A stretch of 64,000 bases of DNA from a virus: positions 32,001-96,000 of the IMG/VR virus record IMGVR_UViG_3300027917_000024; one strand, given 5' to 3'. Position 1 is the stretch's first letter, and each line of letters opens with the position of its first letter. Positions 37,001 through 48,200 of this stretch are shown piece by piece. The notes under the pieces are model-generated. The model made no database searches. It had not been told where the DNA came from and saw only the letters and a program-made list of their open reading frames with translations. The translations under genes and the position numbers were made by a program.

Positions 37001-40000
37001 GGTAGTGAAATTCCATTGTCGTAAGCAAGCATATACTTCATAGGATTTTATTCGCTCATCTTGCCAGTACTCATCCCAGTTATCGATTACAACTTGTATT
37101 TGACTTCCATTGGCAAGAGATGCGACGCTCCAGTTTACTTCGATCTGATCTGCTAAATATTCGGCTGTCTCTTTGATAACTTGAACATCATTGCAGTAAA
37201 GCCCCGTACCAACATCTCCTACGTCTGACCATAGTTTTAGAGATACGTCTATTTCCTTTTCTGGAACAATACCCATAATATCTGTAGTATAATACCCACC
37301 CAGTACTTTTGTATCATCTACGGGTTCGTTATATTCTCTTGTAAGAAGCCCATCCGCTCTAAAGATTTTAAATTCATAATGGGAGAGGCGATTTACCTGA
37401 GCAGAGGCAGGATCGGGATGTTGCCATTTTGCATGGGCTACAGTAGAGAGCCCACTGTCCCATATTCCACCTATATTTGTATAAGCTAACTCTGCCCAAA
37501 TATTTATGGTACACATCTGACCGACCTGAGGAACACCGTCTGCTGCCTCATACCCATAATTTGCAAGTTCTGCTGGGCTTGGAATGCCTACTCGAATACA
37601 CCATCTTGACAACGCAGTACTGTAATAAATAGCTGTTACGTCATTGTTGGAGTTAAGGCTGCTTCCTGTCACATAGCAGTATCCATCTAGATCTTCATCT
37701 GTATTATAATAGAAAAGGTCATTGTGATAGTTCATTGCAAGATAGGCGGCTTCAGGATCTCCAGGGTCTTCTACTTTCTCGAACCCAAAATCATTCTCCA
37801 AATCAGCTGTCACCCGTACTTCATAATATCCAGCTTGTACATCGACTGAATCAATGGTCATACTGCCAGTCATACCTTGCGGGACTGGTGGTGGATAGGG
37901 TACTTGTGTGACGCCTTGTACTGTGACCGAGATTGTTGTACTCTTGTATGAGCTCCGAGGCGTTCCTACTCCAAAACAATCATAAGGAATAATATAAACA
38001 ATATAAGTACCTGCCGTCAGACCTGTAATTTTATACTTTGCTTCTGTTTCTCCTTCAGTAAATGGAACATCAATACTTGTCATGTCCCCTATACTTTCTC
38101 CATACCATATCTCAAAACCTAGAATATCGGTGGAAAATAATACGGGGTCATTTACATATTGCGACCAATCTACAAGTATACTTCCTGATGTGGGACTTGT
38201 GATGGTAGGTATATATCCACTCATAGAAGGAGCGAGATTTTCTAATGGAAGCTCCGATGGTTCACATGAGATATTTCCGTCAGCGTCTACTTGATAAACC
38301 CTGAACAACAGATCTCTTTGGCCCTTCCCTACTCTAGCAAAGACATTATACTGATCTTCCTTATTCATATCATGGGTGTATTCAAATTCTGTATCTTTTG
38401 TACCAACCTCCCTTATAAATTGTGGCATGTCTCCTGCGTTATCAAAGATCCAAACCTGATAGCCTGTGATATTGTAGCTCTCACTTACTCCCGCTCGTTC
38501 TACTCCAGCTTCAACTTCAATTCCTTGCCCTGCTCCTTCGAATGTTGCTGATTGTGTCCAAGATACGCATACATCACATCCAACAAAATTGAGGACCCCA
38601 TCTCCTTGCCCACAGATAGAAAGGTGACTAGGAGAAGGAATACACTCTTCAATACCCATTTTGAATTCAATGGTAGGTGGATTGAGTCCTTTAGTACCTG
38701 TAGTTGCAACACTCTCTGCCCTAATGTAATAAGTTTGCATAGGGCTCAATGACCTAATTATAAATCCCTTCCCTTTAGAATAATCGTTTCCTTGATGTGT
38801 GAAATTCCTTTGATCCGTACTAAGATAAACTTCGACATGGTTGATTTGCAGATATGTACCTGATCTTTTTTGTATAATGAAATCGTCAGTAGCGGGAGCA
38901 CCAATAAATGTTTCCCTTTCTACGTAAGTAAATGTGTTCTCTGCTTTATTCAAAACATTTATTATCAACTGCCCTTTATAATTCCCTGTCGTACCATCAT
39001 AGACAAATATATTTCTAGTACTTACCAATTGAGAATCACTAGCTTCTACGTAAACAATAGTGTCCCCCCCTGAGACCGACAGAATTTTAGACGAAAACAG
39101 AGGAGTTTCACTAGTAGGTACGGTATATGTTATGGTTGCGTCATATGTCCCGAAGATTTGAGTCGCCGCCAGGTCTGTAACATCAGCTGGAGCGTGAATT
39201 GTATCAACAGGTTTTATTGGAGGAAGTTGCGGTGTAATTCTGACACTATAGTCTGCATAAATATCTTCGTCGTAAGGCTCACATTGCACGACGATGTCTT
39301 CTTTATTAACATCTCTAGCTATTCTTATAATTCTGCGCTTCTTGATATATGTCTCAGCAGCTACTCCTGTAACTGTAAGCATCCAAGTATCATGAACTGC
39401 ATAATTAGGAGAAATTGTTTCTGCAATCGTAATCTCATCAACCTCGTCAGAAGCACCAGCAGTAAATTGATATTCATCAGGATCACTAGGAAGTCCTGCA
39501 TCTGCTCCCGTTCTCCTTGCAATTTTGAATATGTACGTTTGACCAGATGTAAGAGGAACTGTTGTATCAAGATAAAAGGTTGTACTTCCTCCACCCGTAG
39601 ATGATTCTAACCTGAAAAACCCGCCATAAACGTATGTAACTGTAGAATGTTGGATACCTACAACATCACCAGGAACAGATGCTAAAGCTGCCATTGTAGA
39701 TTTAAATTCAATTACTTTATTGGAAACTGATGCATAATTTAACAGATAACTTGCTGCTCGTAGTGCTTGACTTTGTTTTGATACACCAACTAGACTAACA
39801 GACTGCTTCTTGATCTGTCCTAGATGATGTTCTGCATCTTTTAAGCTAACCTGTAAATTTTTCTGTTTTCCTCTTTCGCCGTAGCCTTGATCATAATAAC
39901 TAACTTCTAGGGTATTTGGAATTTTGGAATCAGGAAGATAAGTTTCTTTGTATGTATTAGGTATTATATCTGCATCAGTAAAAATCTGCGTCATGTTTTC

Positions 40001-42391
40001 AGGTTTCATTACCTTAAGGCGTAATTTACTTCCAATCCAATACAACCTACCACGCATCAACGCAACTAACTGATTAAGTATCTGAGAAGCATCAGTAGTA
40101 GTATCTATAACAATATCTGCTTGGAATCTTCGTTCCTGTGAAATACTGTGAACGTCCGTACCTATTAACTCCCAGCATATTTCCGCAGCTTCAATAAAGT
40201 CAGACCAAACCAAATCGGATTCTTCTATATTGGGGTAAAGGTCTTGAGTAGTAAGAAGATCATAAATAATAAAAGGAATACAATTTGTATACTCAAGGAG
40301 CGTATTAGTTGTATCAATGGTTAGTGCTGCGTCTCCTACTTGATATTTCCAATCGTATGATTCCGTACCTCCATTCCATTCGGTGTATGAAGATTGGAAC
40401 GGGACAATATTACCGGAAGTGTCACGTAAGATAGGTACCTTTACATATCTTCCTTTAACTGGAATGTTAAAATTAGGTATGCTACCAGATAACTTCTCCG
40501 AAGGAAGGATACGTAATGCTATTGTTGATGTGTTAGGATGGAGAGTTCTAGAGAAAGAAAATTCTTGGATGCGTATGACTTTAGATTCTGACCACCCATC
40601 CCTAATACTAGTTATTACTTTATTCTTTCTAATTACTTGTATTCGATACTTTGCAGGAACTAGTGTTTCCCCCCCAAAACCGGCAGAAACAGTAATTTTA
40701 AATTCGCCAACTGTAGATTGTCTGACTCTCAAAAATGGGTCATCTCTATTCTTCTCTTTATCTGTCTCACCATGTATATACTCCCACCTACTCGTGTCAG
40801 GAGTATCCCCATCAAAGGGACAATAACGAATCCAGAAATCAGCATTTCTACCTCCCTGATTTCCCTCGTCTACCTGATATAGTCCTCCAGGGAATTGAAG
40901 AATAATATTAAACCCTTCAACAGATGGACTTACAGTGTCAAACTCAAATTCGTTTTCTAATGGCTCTATACTAGATTTAGTTTCAGTCCGATCCAGCATA
41001 AAATCAAACTCACTTATATGTATGAGCTTGGTACCAAATAAATCAATGACACCAGATCCACCAGGAGTTTCAAGGAGGGGTACATTATAACCATGCGTAG
41101 CTTGAACATGGACAGTTTTAGCTAATCCCCGGTCGAACTCTACTTGCCCATCGTACACTGTTGTATCAAACGCATCTAATCTAAGGTCATCAATGTAAAC
41201 ACTCTCAAGCTCAATGTCATTTATAATCCCGTCAGATAGTCCTAGTACAACTTGTAATGCTTCTTCTTCCTGATACATCTCACTTTCATTGATAATTGCA
41301 GTTATTGGACCTTTTCCAAGAAATTGTAGATCAACGAGGTTAGGCCTACACCATTTCTCGGCATGAAAACCGCCGTACTCTCCTTCGGAGTAATAGACAC
41401 GCATCCCGCAGTAGAATTCATAATAAATCTTGCCAGCGTCGTTAGTCAAATCACATGCTACTTCACAATAACTGTACTTACTATAGACCATATCAAAGTC
41501 ATCTCCCTCTGGACCTCTACCAAAATAAGTAGTGTCTTGATGTGCCCATTCAGGTAGTGGGTCTACAGGGTTACCGGCAGTATTTACAGTTCTTGCGTAA
41601 ACGTAACTACTTATCTGCCACGATCTACCAGGCCAGCTATCTAGATTAGCTTTGCGGTCAAAATAGAATCTAATCCTCTCATATCTATACTCAGGACGTA
41701 AACTAAATGTGATTCCAGGTGGGTTACCGACACTAGGCGCAGAATTCTCACAAGTATCCCAATCATATCCAGTAGGAATACCAAAATCCGAGAGGTGTGG
41801 GAAAGACCACCAATCTTCCTCACCATAGGCAATCCCAAGTCCAACAATTTGAGCGCTTAAAATGTCTCCAGCCGTCCATGCCTTGCCATATATAAGAGGA
41901 ATCGGTCTGCCAATAGCGTATGTAGTCTGCGGCCCGTCCCAAGTATACGTTTCAGATTTTTCTATGTCTCCACCAGACACAAAAGGATCTGTAGTAGGCA
42001 TTAGCATATAGGATAAATAACCTATACCTGCCATGATAATAATATTGGCAGCAGCTGCTAACGTAAAACCAACAATTTTACCAAGGAGCATTGACCCTAA
42101 AATTCCTGCTGGAAAAGCGATGGCGGGGATTTTTGGAAAGAATACTAAATTAATCTCATCTCCATTATCGACTATAGTATCACGGAAGTTTTCATTTGGA
42201 ATTAGGTGGAGATTCAGCATTACCCTAAGATTACTATGGCGAGCTAGTACACCAATATCTACTTGCCTAAGTCGGAGATATTCCAACATATCATTAATGT
42301 ATTGATCAAGAGTTTTATCTCTCACATATCCTGATTGTAGACAGGCAAAATTTTCTTCGAAGGCATTTATTTTGGCAGTAATTTTAATCAT
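34055..42391 (-). CDS. Central tail fibre/tip attachment protein, lambda I-J-like fusion (2778 aa)
   Basis: N-terminal I-like region (GRPIPLIYG), J-like core (VKGR, IIYDLL, RRFQAD, PGDVV), FN3-like repeats, and an IADAAITTAKI shaft motif. Confidence 0.88.
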   Translation of the reverse strand: MIKITAKINAFEENFACLQSGYVRDKTLDQYINDMLEYLRLRQVDIGVLARHSNLRVMLNLHLIPNENFRDTIVDNGDEINLVFFPKIPAIAFPAGILGSMLLGKIVGFTLAAAANIIIMAGIGYLSYMLMPTTDPFVSGGDIEKSETYTWDGPQTTYAIGRPIPLIYGKAWTAGDILSAQIVGLGIAYGEEDWWSFPHLSDFGIPTGYDWDTCENSAPSVGNPPGITFSLRPEYRYERIRFYFDRKANLDSWPGRSWQISSYVYARTVNTAGNPVDPLPEWAHQDTTYFGRGPEGDDFDMVYSKYSYCEVACDLTNDAGKIYYEFYCGMRVYYSEGEYGGFHAEKWCRPNLVDLQFLGKGPITAIINESEMYQEEEALQVVLGLSDGIINDIELESVYIDDLRLDAFDTTVYDGQVEFDRGLAKTVHVQATHGYNVPLLETPGGSGVIDLFGTKLIHISEFDFMLDRTETKSSIEPLENEFEFDTVSPSVEGFNIILQFPGGLYQVDEGNQGGRNADFWIRYCPFDGDTPDTSRWEYIHGETDKEKNRDDPFLRVRQSTVGEFKITVSAGFGGETLVPAKYRIQVIRKNKVITSIRDGWSESKVIRIQEFSFSRTLHPNTSTIALRILPSEKLSGSIPNFNIPVKGRYVKVPILRDTSGNIVPFQSSYTEWNGGTESYDWKYQVGDAALTIDTTNTLLEYTNCIPFIIYDLLTTQDLYPNIEESDLVWSDFIEAAEICWELIGTDVHSISQERRFQADIVIDTTTDASQILNQLVALMRGRLYWIGSKLRLKVMKPENMTQIFTDADIIPNTYKETYLPDSKIPNTLEVSYYDQGYGERGKQKNLQVSLKDAEHHLGQIKKQSVSLVGVSKQSQALRAASYLLNYASVSNKVIEFKSTMAALASVPGDVVGIQHSTVTYVYGGFFRLESSTGGGSTTFYLDTTVPLTSGQTYIFKIARRTGADAGLPSDPDEYQFTAGASDEVDEITIAETISPNYAVHDTWMLTVTGVAAETYIKKRRIIRIARDVNKEDIVVQCEPYDEDIYADYSVRITPQLPPIKPVDTIHAPADVTDLAATQIFGTYDATITYTVPTSETPLFSSKILSVSGGDTIVYVEASDSQLVSTRNIFVYDGTTGNYKGQLIINVLNKAENTFTYVERETFIGAPATDDFIIQKRSGTYLQINHVEVYLSTDQRNFTHQGNDYSKGKGFIIRSLSPMQTYYIRAESVATTGTKGLNPPTIEFKMGIEECIPSPSHLSICGQGDGVLNFVGCDVCVSWTQSATFEGAGQGIEVEAGVERAGVSESYNITGYQVWIFDNAGDMPQFIREVGTKDTEFEYTHDMNKEDQYNVFARVGKGQRDLLFRVYQVDADGNISCEPSELPLENLAPSMSGYIPTITSPTSGSILVDWSQYVNDPVLFSTDILGFEIWYGESIGDMTSIDVPFTEGETEAKYKITGLTAGTYIVYIIPYDCFGVGTPRSSYKSTTISVTVQGVTQVPYPPPVPQGMTGSMTIDSVDVQAGYYEVRVTADLENDFGFEKVEDPGDPEAAYLAMNYHNDLFYYNTDEDLDGYCYVTGSSLNSNNDVTAIYYSTALSRWCIRVGIPSPAELANYGYEAADGVPQVGQMCTINIWAELAYTNIGGIWDSGLSTVAHAKWQHPDPASAQVNRLSHYEFKIFRADGLLTREYNEPVDDTKVLGGYYTTDIMGIVPEKEIDVSLKLWSDVGDVGTGLYCNDVQVIKETAEYLADQIEVNWSVASLANGSQIQVVIDNWDEYWQDERIKSYEVYACLRQWNFTTSTWEANPVTEFMALKTSGDSNVKSYGEFERTVDGHLRLVNVDDLGDSYFFLGSTEGPIFHWTNAGVSNEGGICTHFSVVTHPSGTTYDSCAMGCHASPNNDINTGNCPYGPADPTLSCCYVNSYYTPDAAADSDRTKEGINYNRYFVTLAVRTTQGRRLWYVDELGNLIWKAADFELIDRMHIADAAITTAKIGDAMINNAKVKHLSAEKVWIGDYAGAYPWQPFKDHCVWDCGSYCKYHGWTEDEEPPIGYYKTGNCPIGVATAPGGCAYTISEFAISRIFAIYGQDPSHNKEYTYINGGMILTNSIRARSIQIGALPYTVDLQVTRLFDDSIEPDEYVRIKWHKSGEYQGVHDGVDPMINGRIEFANDSGFYITAGEYLFTEAANEVPDGTTVKRSIHVGYVEYINAGSHESVLFEQYDLTETVADFNYDGTFSDLRRRGNIPLFSVTIVRNMHTGGGEQAIDGRNLVDPLDIIQSDVGQFKVEIRMVAASPGTYIKNNDITTGVIHNPYWTSYFDMRLYTGYNASDNYKGHSRIVIDGPSSVYERSMMEAHGDNFGREWWEYTTTWPSLYGADTKFLIGRPWIEGLESQLPDIPTDPLIKSARLEGEELADQGYLWFFRAYDKTLDEWIGHLEVGGKLRVKDIQNFREVLVGQAYTQEEDPPYAWVREDSPGIHVYDTEGLYQVTEDSPELLAQIGGETPITVIETSNSAHYFNTDSADRNFTVTIDHDGQVPVDSWTDWGYASLLVVPMKDTAKDHSAGILIRSPCDVTAVWPDTPSYGMVIKGNFYRGLVIQVEQESVSKFMHGMQAGVTNLGSNNILVGVEGWAAAGDHGISVGGNFFASVYTNGAGTIPTATGVMGSAGSDDADNTLKGGVFTASRYQGLGVTATDSTSTTIGVDIWLDTHVMPQEQCAHIHFGDHSGSYNNLPDYSYSGSRPPDSMGKRGDLLASKYRLFYKQHQTDTGTYPNGRWRCIAFGD

Positions 42392-42806
42392 TTTTAGGCC
42401 TATATACCCCAGTAATGTAGGATTTTAGAATCTCTAACCTCTGTATAACTGTTCCACATGCCATAGTATGTATAATTTGTCTTTTCCCTACATACATTCC
42501 GATATGATAAGGCATTTTTGCCAGTGCAAAACTCCGCATTGTAACTAAGTCTCCATATTGAATATCCTCTAGTGCCACTTTATTTACCCATTTATACATA
42601 TCATATGCAGCAAAGAGTGCCCTAGCATCATCTTCCGTCTTTAACTCATACTCAGGGTCAGGGAGTTGGTAGTCATGAACTTCTTTTGTTAGATCTAAAA
42701 TCAATCCCCAACAGTCGTATCCTTCGTCTTTTGATCTTCCTCCATCTTTATATGGCGTAAGTAAATAGCTTTCTAAATCTTTAATTTTTTTCATTATACA
42801 AACCAA
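42384..42806 (-). CDS. NlpC/P60 tail-tip protein (lambda K-like), paralog 1
   Basis: GYDCWGL, HIGMY and IIH motifs; canonical position between L and I/J. Confidence 0.9.
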   Translation of the reverse strand: MVCIMKKIKDLESYLLTPYKDGGRSKDEGYDCWGLILDLTKEVHDYQLPDPEYELKTEDDARALFAAYDMYKWVNKVALEDIQYGDLVTMRSFALAKMPYHIGMYVGKRQIIHTMACGTVIQRLEILKSYITGVYRPKND

Positions 42807-44575
42807 AGTCTTGTTGTTGGAATTCCTGTGAACACCCCAGCATGTTCATAAGGAATGTATTTAAATAACCCAATTCGGTATATTTTACATGCATATCGTA
42901 CATTATCGAGCAAAGACGACTCTATTTGTAAATATACATCTGAGGCCACATAAGGAGAAGAACCTCCAGACCAATTTGTGTATACCATAGCAGAGTATTC
43001 ATCTGGTTTGATATGACTTTCAAAATCATCGCTAAAATCCGTTTTGTAGTCTGAAGTTCTCAATAATATATCGTTGGCTTGGGAAGCTTTAACAGTAGAC
43101 CAAGTTTGGTTATCAAAATTGTACCATCTATATGAACCGCCATAATTAAACCCAACATGTATAGTTATAAGGCCAGTAGATGGACTGCCAGATATAGTGT
43201 ATCCGTAATATTGCATATAAAACTGATACGTTTGGCTTCTTTCAGGGGAGTCATGTGAATAAGTATAATTACCTGCTTGTACTAAGCTTCCTGATTGTAA
43301 AGCGGTAGTTTTTTCAAATCTCACCCCTCTTTCAGTCATATCTATAGTCATACCACCGCCAGTAGTTTTACTCCATGCTGCTGTATATCCTCTACTAAAT
43401 CCCCCATCAACAATAAGATTTCCCTTTTCTACCTCAACTCGTGGTGTCGAATCCTCCTCGCTTACTAACCACTGTGGGGCTTGCCTTCGTCCTGTATCTG
43501 TATGCCCTAAACAGCTTTCCTTATCAATAATAGACAACACAACATAACCACCAGAGGCATATTGAGATAAAGTCCTTAACATCGAACCACTAGAGGTTGT
43601 AAATTGTGTATCTGTATTTGTTGTAATCTCCCATATATAGTCGTTGCTCAGTGTATCAAATGTGCCTATGTCTTCGACTATAACTTTACACCCAACTAGT
43701 GCATCGGATCCAGGTAAGGTAACATCTGATGGTACCTCGAACACCTCTCCCCCCAAATGAGAACACTTTTGCCTAGCTATAATTGTTGAACTATATAACT
43801 TATTACACGCAGTAATCGGACCAGCATATTTACATTTCGGTCCTTTATATACATAATCACAGGTAGTCTTTGAATAGTGCCGTGCAGGAATTTTCTTATC
43901 AGAAAGATTCCCTGTACTTTGCATTTCAAGGACTACCTGTGACTCTGTAATTGTTGAACTATTAATAATAAATTTATCTACAATTGTAGCATCTGTGTCT
44001 GCGTATATTGTTCCAGAAGTGTCAACAAACACTGTAGTGATATAAACAACAGACCCTCTCATCCCGTTATACTTTTCGAATGTTCTATAAAGATCTATTA
44101 TTTGAGTACCTGGGTTATAAAGATTTAAGGAAACCTGTGGAAAACTTCCTAGCTCATGATCTTCAAAGGCTCCATGATTTATTGGATAAGGCAAATACTC
44201 TTTTGAGTTATACGTAATTCGTGTATAACTTCCAACATATTCTGCTGGCATTGATGCTAAATACAACCATTTTGATAGAACGAAATCCCCGTCTTCTGGA
44301 GTACCAGACAAATTAGTTAAAGTATCTCCTGCTGCGTGTGCCCCTATGGTGAATGTATTTCCTAGCTCATCTGTTAATACAGCATCATTTACTCCCACTG
44401 CTGTTTGCCATTCATTAGTATCATATGCTTTTTCCGTACAAGTAAATTGATTAGCTGCTGGAGAAGTTCCGGCACCTTTATCCATAATTTGGATATCATA
44501 AAGTAATACAGGCCAAGATTGGACTGCCAGTAGCTCTTCTAATAGCGTTTGATTTGTTGTCCGTCTTGTAGGCAT
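42794..44575 (-). CDS. Lambda L-like minor tail protein with inserted domains
   Basis: YLPYPI, IPARHY...C.Y.YKG..C.Y.G...C.K...C Cys set and a terminal GVFTGIP. Confidence 0.78.
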   Translation of the reverse strand: MPTRRTTNQTLLEELLAVQSWPVLLYDIQIMDKGAGTSPAANQFTCTEKAYDTNEWQTAVGVNDAVLTDELGNTFTIGAHAAGDTLTNLSGTPEDGDFVLSKWLYLASMPAEYVGSYTRITYNSKEYLPYPINHGAFEDHELGSFPQVSLNLYNPGTQIIDLYRTFEKYNGMRGSVVYITTVFVDTSGTIYADTDATIVDKFIINSSTITESQVVLEMQSTGNLSDKKIPARHYSKTTCDYVYKGPKCKYAGPITACNKLYSSTIIARQKCSHLGGEVFEVPSDVTLPGSDALVGCKVIVEDIGTFDTLSNDYIWEITTNTDTQFTTSSGSMLRTLSQYASGGYVVLSIIDKESCLGHTDTGRRQAPQWLVSEEDSTPRVEVEKGNLIVDGGFSRGYTAAWSKTTGGGMTIDMTERGVRFEKTTALQSGSLVQAGNYTYSHDSPERSQTYQFYMQYYGYTISGSPSTGLITIHVGFNYGGSYRWYNFDNQTWSTVKASQANDILLRTSDYKTDFSDDFESHIKPDEYSAMVYTNWSGGSSPYVASDVYLQIESSLLDNVRYACKIYRIGLFKYIPYEHAGVFTGIPTTRLWFV

Positions 44576-44578
44576 CCT

Positions 44579-45271
44579 TTACTCCTGGTTCACTCCTAAT
44601 TGTAAAAATGGTATGTCAATACTATAAGTTGCTCCTATTATATATTGATTGCCGTAACCTGGAAAATAAGGACGAGTTTTTTCTATACAGGAATCTCCCA
44701 TATTTGGAGAAAGGGAATCAGTCTCGAAAATAACAGGTACTAATACATAGATATAACTAGCTGGGATATCTAAATGAGTTCGTCCACTTTGATTTTTGGT
44801 TGCTGAAATAGTTGTACTGGCAATGCTATCGATGGTTACTATGTTTTTGTCTGCTGTTCCTTTTTGGACATCAAATCTAGGATTATAAAGAAGTAGTGTA
44901 TTACCTACATACCCAGCACTATCTGTCAGGCCTGTTACTGTATTTAGAGTATAATCGCAAGTGGTTGCTAGTACATTTGCTACGCTTATAATATTGTACT
45001 GTTTTGACCAATCTACTATATAAAAATCCTCATACTGCCCCTTTTTCCGATTGAAGAAAGCTAGTATTAAATCATATTCCCAGGTCATTATTCCCTTATA
45101 TTGGTATTGAAATCTTGCATGAGCTTTTCCAAATCTGCGCCTGTAAACAATTCGAGCCTCTGATTCACCTACAATACCTGGATATGTAGGATACTTTACG
45201 CATTTATCAGGCTCTAGAATCCTAAATGTTTCACTGGGGCACGGGAATATATCATTGATTGTAAGCGCCAT
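44579..45271 (-). CDS. Distal tail protein (Dit/lambda M-like)
   Basis: Immediately after the TMP; LAFFNRKKGQYEDFY..DW motif. Confidence 0.75.
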   Translation of the reverse strand: MALTINDIFPCPSETFRILEPDKCVKYPTYPGIVGESEARIVYRRRFGKAHARFQYQYKGIMTWEYDLILAFFNRKKGQYEDFYIVDWSKQYNIISVANVLATTCDYTLNTVTGLTDSAGYVGNTLLLYNPRFDVQKGTADKNIVTIDSIASTTISATKNQSGRTHLDIPASYIYVLVPVIFETDSLSPNMGDSCIEKTRPYFPGYGNQYIIGATYSIDIPFLQLGVNQE

Positions 45272-45274
45272 TTT

Positions 45275-48200
45275 TTACCTCTTTATAGACCTGATAATCT
45301 GGTAAATCGGTCCACGAGATGCGATATCCTCATTGATTACATTTATTATGGCCTCTGGATGTTGTAGCATAATAGAAGGTATCATCTTTGGATCCATTAG
45401 ATTAATAACCTTTATGTCCTGTGTTCGTCCTCCTTCTCCAGTAAATGTAACGGGTATGCTTCTGTTATCAGGAAGTGGAACAACAGCTTCAGACTGTCCA
45501 CCTTCTCCAATGACACCAAGAGTAGGTCCACCAGCAATTCCCCCTGACTGGAAGAATGTGGCTTTTAATGTTTGCAAGAGTGTTGTCTGCTCCTTCGTAA
45601 AAGGTCTAATACCACCTTCAATAATTCCACCTTTGGCAACCCGAACTGGCTCAAGTTGTAGCCATCGAGTTCCTATTGGACCGCCCTTAGCAGGTTGTTT
45701 ACCAAATAGTCCTCCTAGACTACTTAGGATATTTACTATGATTAGCCGTGCAATAATATCTGCAAGAGCATCCAATAGAGTCTGAGCAAATTTCTTAAAC
45801 GCTTCTCCTACCCGCCTTGATGTACTCTCTAGTTTGTCTAATTCGCCCCGTGCTTTTGCTATCTCCTTTTGAACCTCTTTCCACTGCTGTGTAAGTTCTA
45901 AGTGCTCTGCGGCCTCTTCTGGCAGTACAAGTCCAACTTCAATTAGATCCATCTCCCTTTTAATCCTAGCTGCTTCTTCTTCTAGCTCTCTCAACTCTCC
46001 TGACATATTTTCAATTTCTTGCTTCGGTGGTCTAAAGATTGCATTCCAGGTATCTACAATTGCTGTGTTGAGTCCTTCCAGTACTGTATTAGCCAGTCCT
46101 TTCCATACCTCGAAGAAATCTGTTGCTTGTCGCTGAAAATCCCACAGAGCATCGACCATTCCTAGTAGTGCTCTGTCCCACGCACTCCCCGTATATTTTG
46201 CTAGTTCGGCTAAAGACTGCCCTGATCTAAGAGCCATATCAATAGCTTGTGCCCAATTTTGATAGTTAATTCTTTGATTTAGAGCAGCCTCATCCGCAGC
46301 CTGTATCAGTATACCCTGGTCTTTTAGTGCATTCAGTACATCTTTTCGTGCTTTTCCCTCACCTATGATTTGATTAATTATTTTATCTTGCTTTATTAGC
46401 TGTTCGTCAAGAGCTTCTGCCTCGCCTTCTTTGTATGTTACTGATTTATCTTCAAGTTTAGCTTTTCGTTCGACTAATAATTCGTATTCTCTTGCCGCCG
46501 CAACTAATTCATCGTACTTATCTTTTTCTTTTATGCGATCAATTATTCCTTTCTTCCCATCCTCAACAGCCTTTTTTGTCTTTTCTACCTTCTCTCTAAG
46601 AGGTACCATTTCCGCTTCTGCTTCTAGTCGTACCTGCCTTTGAAGTTCTATCATATCTTTCAATCTTTCCTTCTGGTCTTCGGCTTTTCCTACGAGCTGA
46701 TCTTGCCACTGGAATATATTACTTACTTCAACTCCTGCTGCTTTAAGAGCTGGAATATCAATATCCATTCGAAGTACCGGTGCAGTCGCTTCAATTTCTT
46801 GCAGAGAAGTTTCTAACATTTCTCGTATTGCGTCCCTGGCTTGAGTCTTTGTGCGCTCAATAGTTTCAAGATAGCTTTTCCGCATAAGATCTTCAAATAT
46901 TATTCGGTAGGTTGCGTATTTTGCCCTAACGTCTCCGGTTCCTTCCCTCAATGCCTTATCTAGTTTTTCTACAAATTCTTCTTTGACATTATAGCTAAAC
47001 TCGTTAATTGATTCGAGTATGTCACTTTCCCATTCTTTAATAGAACCAAGATCAACATCACCTACTAAAAACTGAGCTTCGACTTTAACTTTGGCACGTT
47101 CTAGTTGCTCCTGTGCTATTTGCTGTACCCTTTGGATACTCTTGATGGCAAAATCTGCAAGTTCCCGTGGTTCTATTAACAAGAGTTCAGCATGTTTTCC
47201 TGCGAGATCCCTTATTGTTGCTTCATATTGAACTTTTAGTTGTTCAGTATAATTCTGAAACTGCCGAAGGGAAGCTGTATTTCTAAGCTTGGCCCCCTTG
47301 TCTATCTCTGCTAGAGCCTGTTGAAGTTCCGTTTCTTCCTCCTTTAGTACATCTACATTTCCCTGTATAGCCGCTTTCTGAAGTTCATACCTCTTCTCAA
47401 AATACTTTTGAGCCCAAGGAACTCCCTTCGCTCCTGCTATTTTCTCATCAATCTCCTTCATTTTATTTGCGTAGTTTTCCTTCTCGGCTAGAATTTGTGT
47501 CTGTCTCGCTTTCATATTAGCAATTGCCTCTTCTTCAGCTTTTGTATAAGGAGGTTCGTATGATTCAATTCTTTTAATTGCCTCGTTTGTTTCGGTAATC
47601 TGTTTAACTAGGCCACTTTTTAAACGCTTGTAATTTTCTATCGTTTCCTGTATACGGTTTCTTTGATCTACATTGAATTTTTCTTGTATTTTAAGGCGCT
47701 CCTGCATCAGATTTAGGTATTGTTGTGGAGACATTACTGAGTCAAATGTAGCCACAAATTTATCTAATTCTTCTAATTCTCTTTTTCTTAGAGCTGCCAT
47801 ATCATTATAGAATTGTTCACTAGCTTCTAATCTTGCATGATTATTCTCAGTTTCTTTCTGGAATAGGATTTGATCTTCTTGAAGTTTTGCAGTTTGATAT
47901 TGAACATTACTATCTAAATCCTCGCCTCTAATTTTGTCCATAATAATTCCAAGTTGCTGATTGTCATGATATCGATTGAGCTGTAAGTCGTATAGCTTAT
48001 CCTGTGTTGATTTCATTGTAGTGAATGTTTTCTGTTCTATGGTTGCTATAGTCTTATCAAAATTAAAGCCTAATTTTTCATAATCTTTAAATAAAGTTTG
48101 AAACCAAAGTAGTGCGACCTCATGTGTCCATCCATAGTGTCTTCGAAGTTCTTCAATAATTTCATTTAAAAACTTTGCCTGATCACTGTCTATATTCTTT

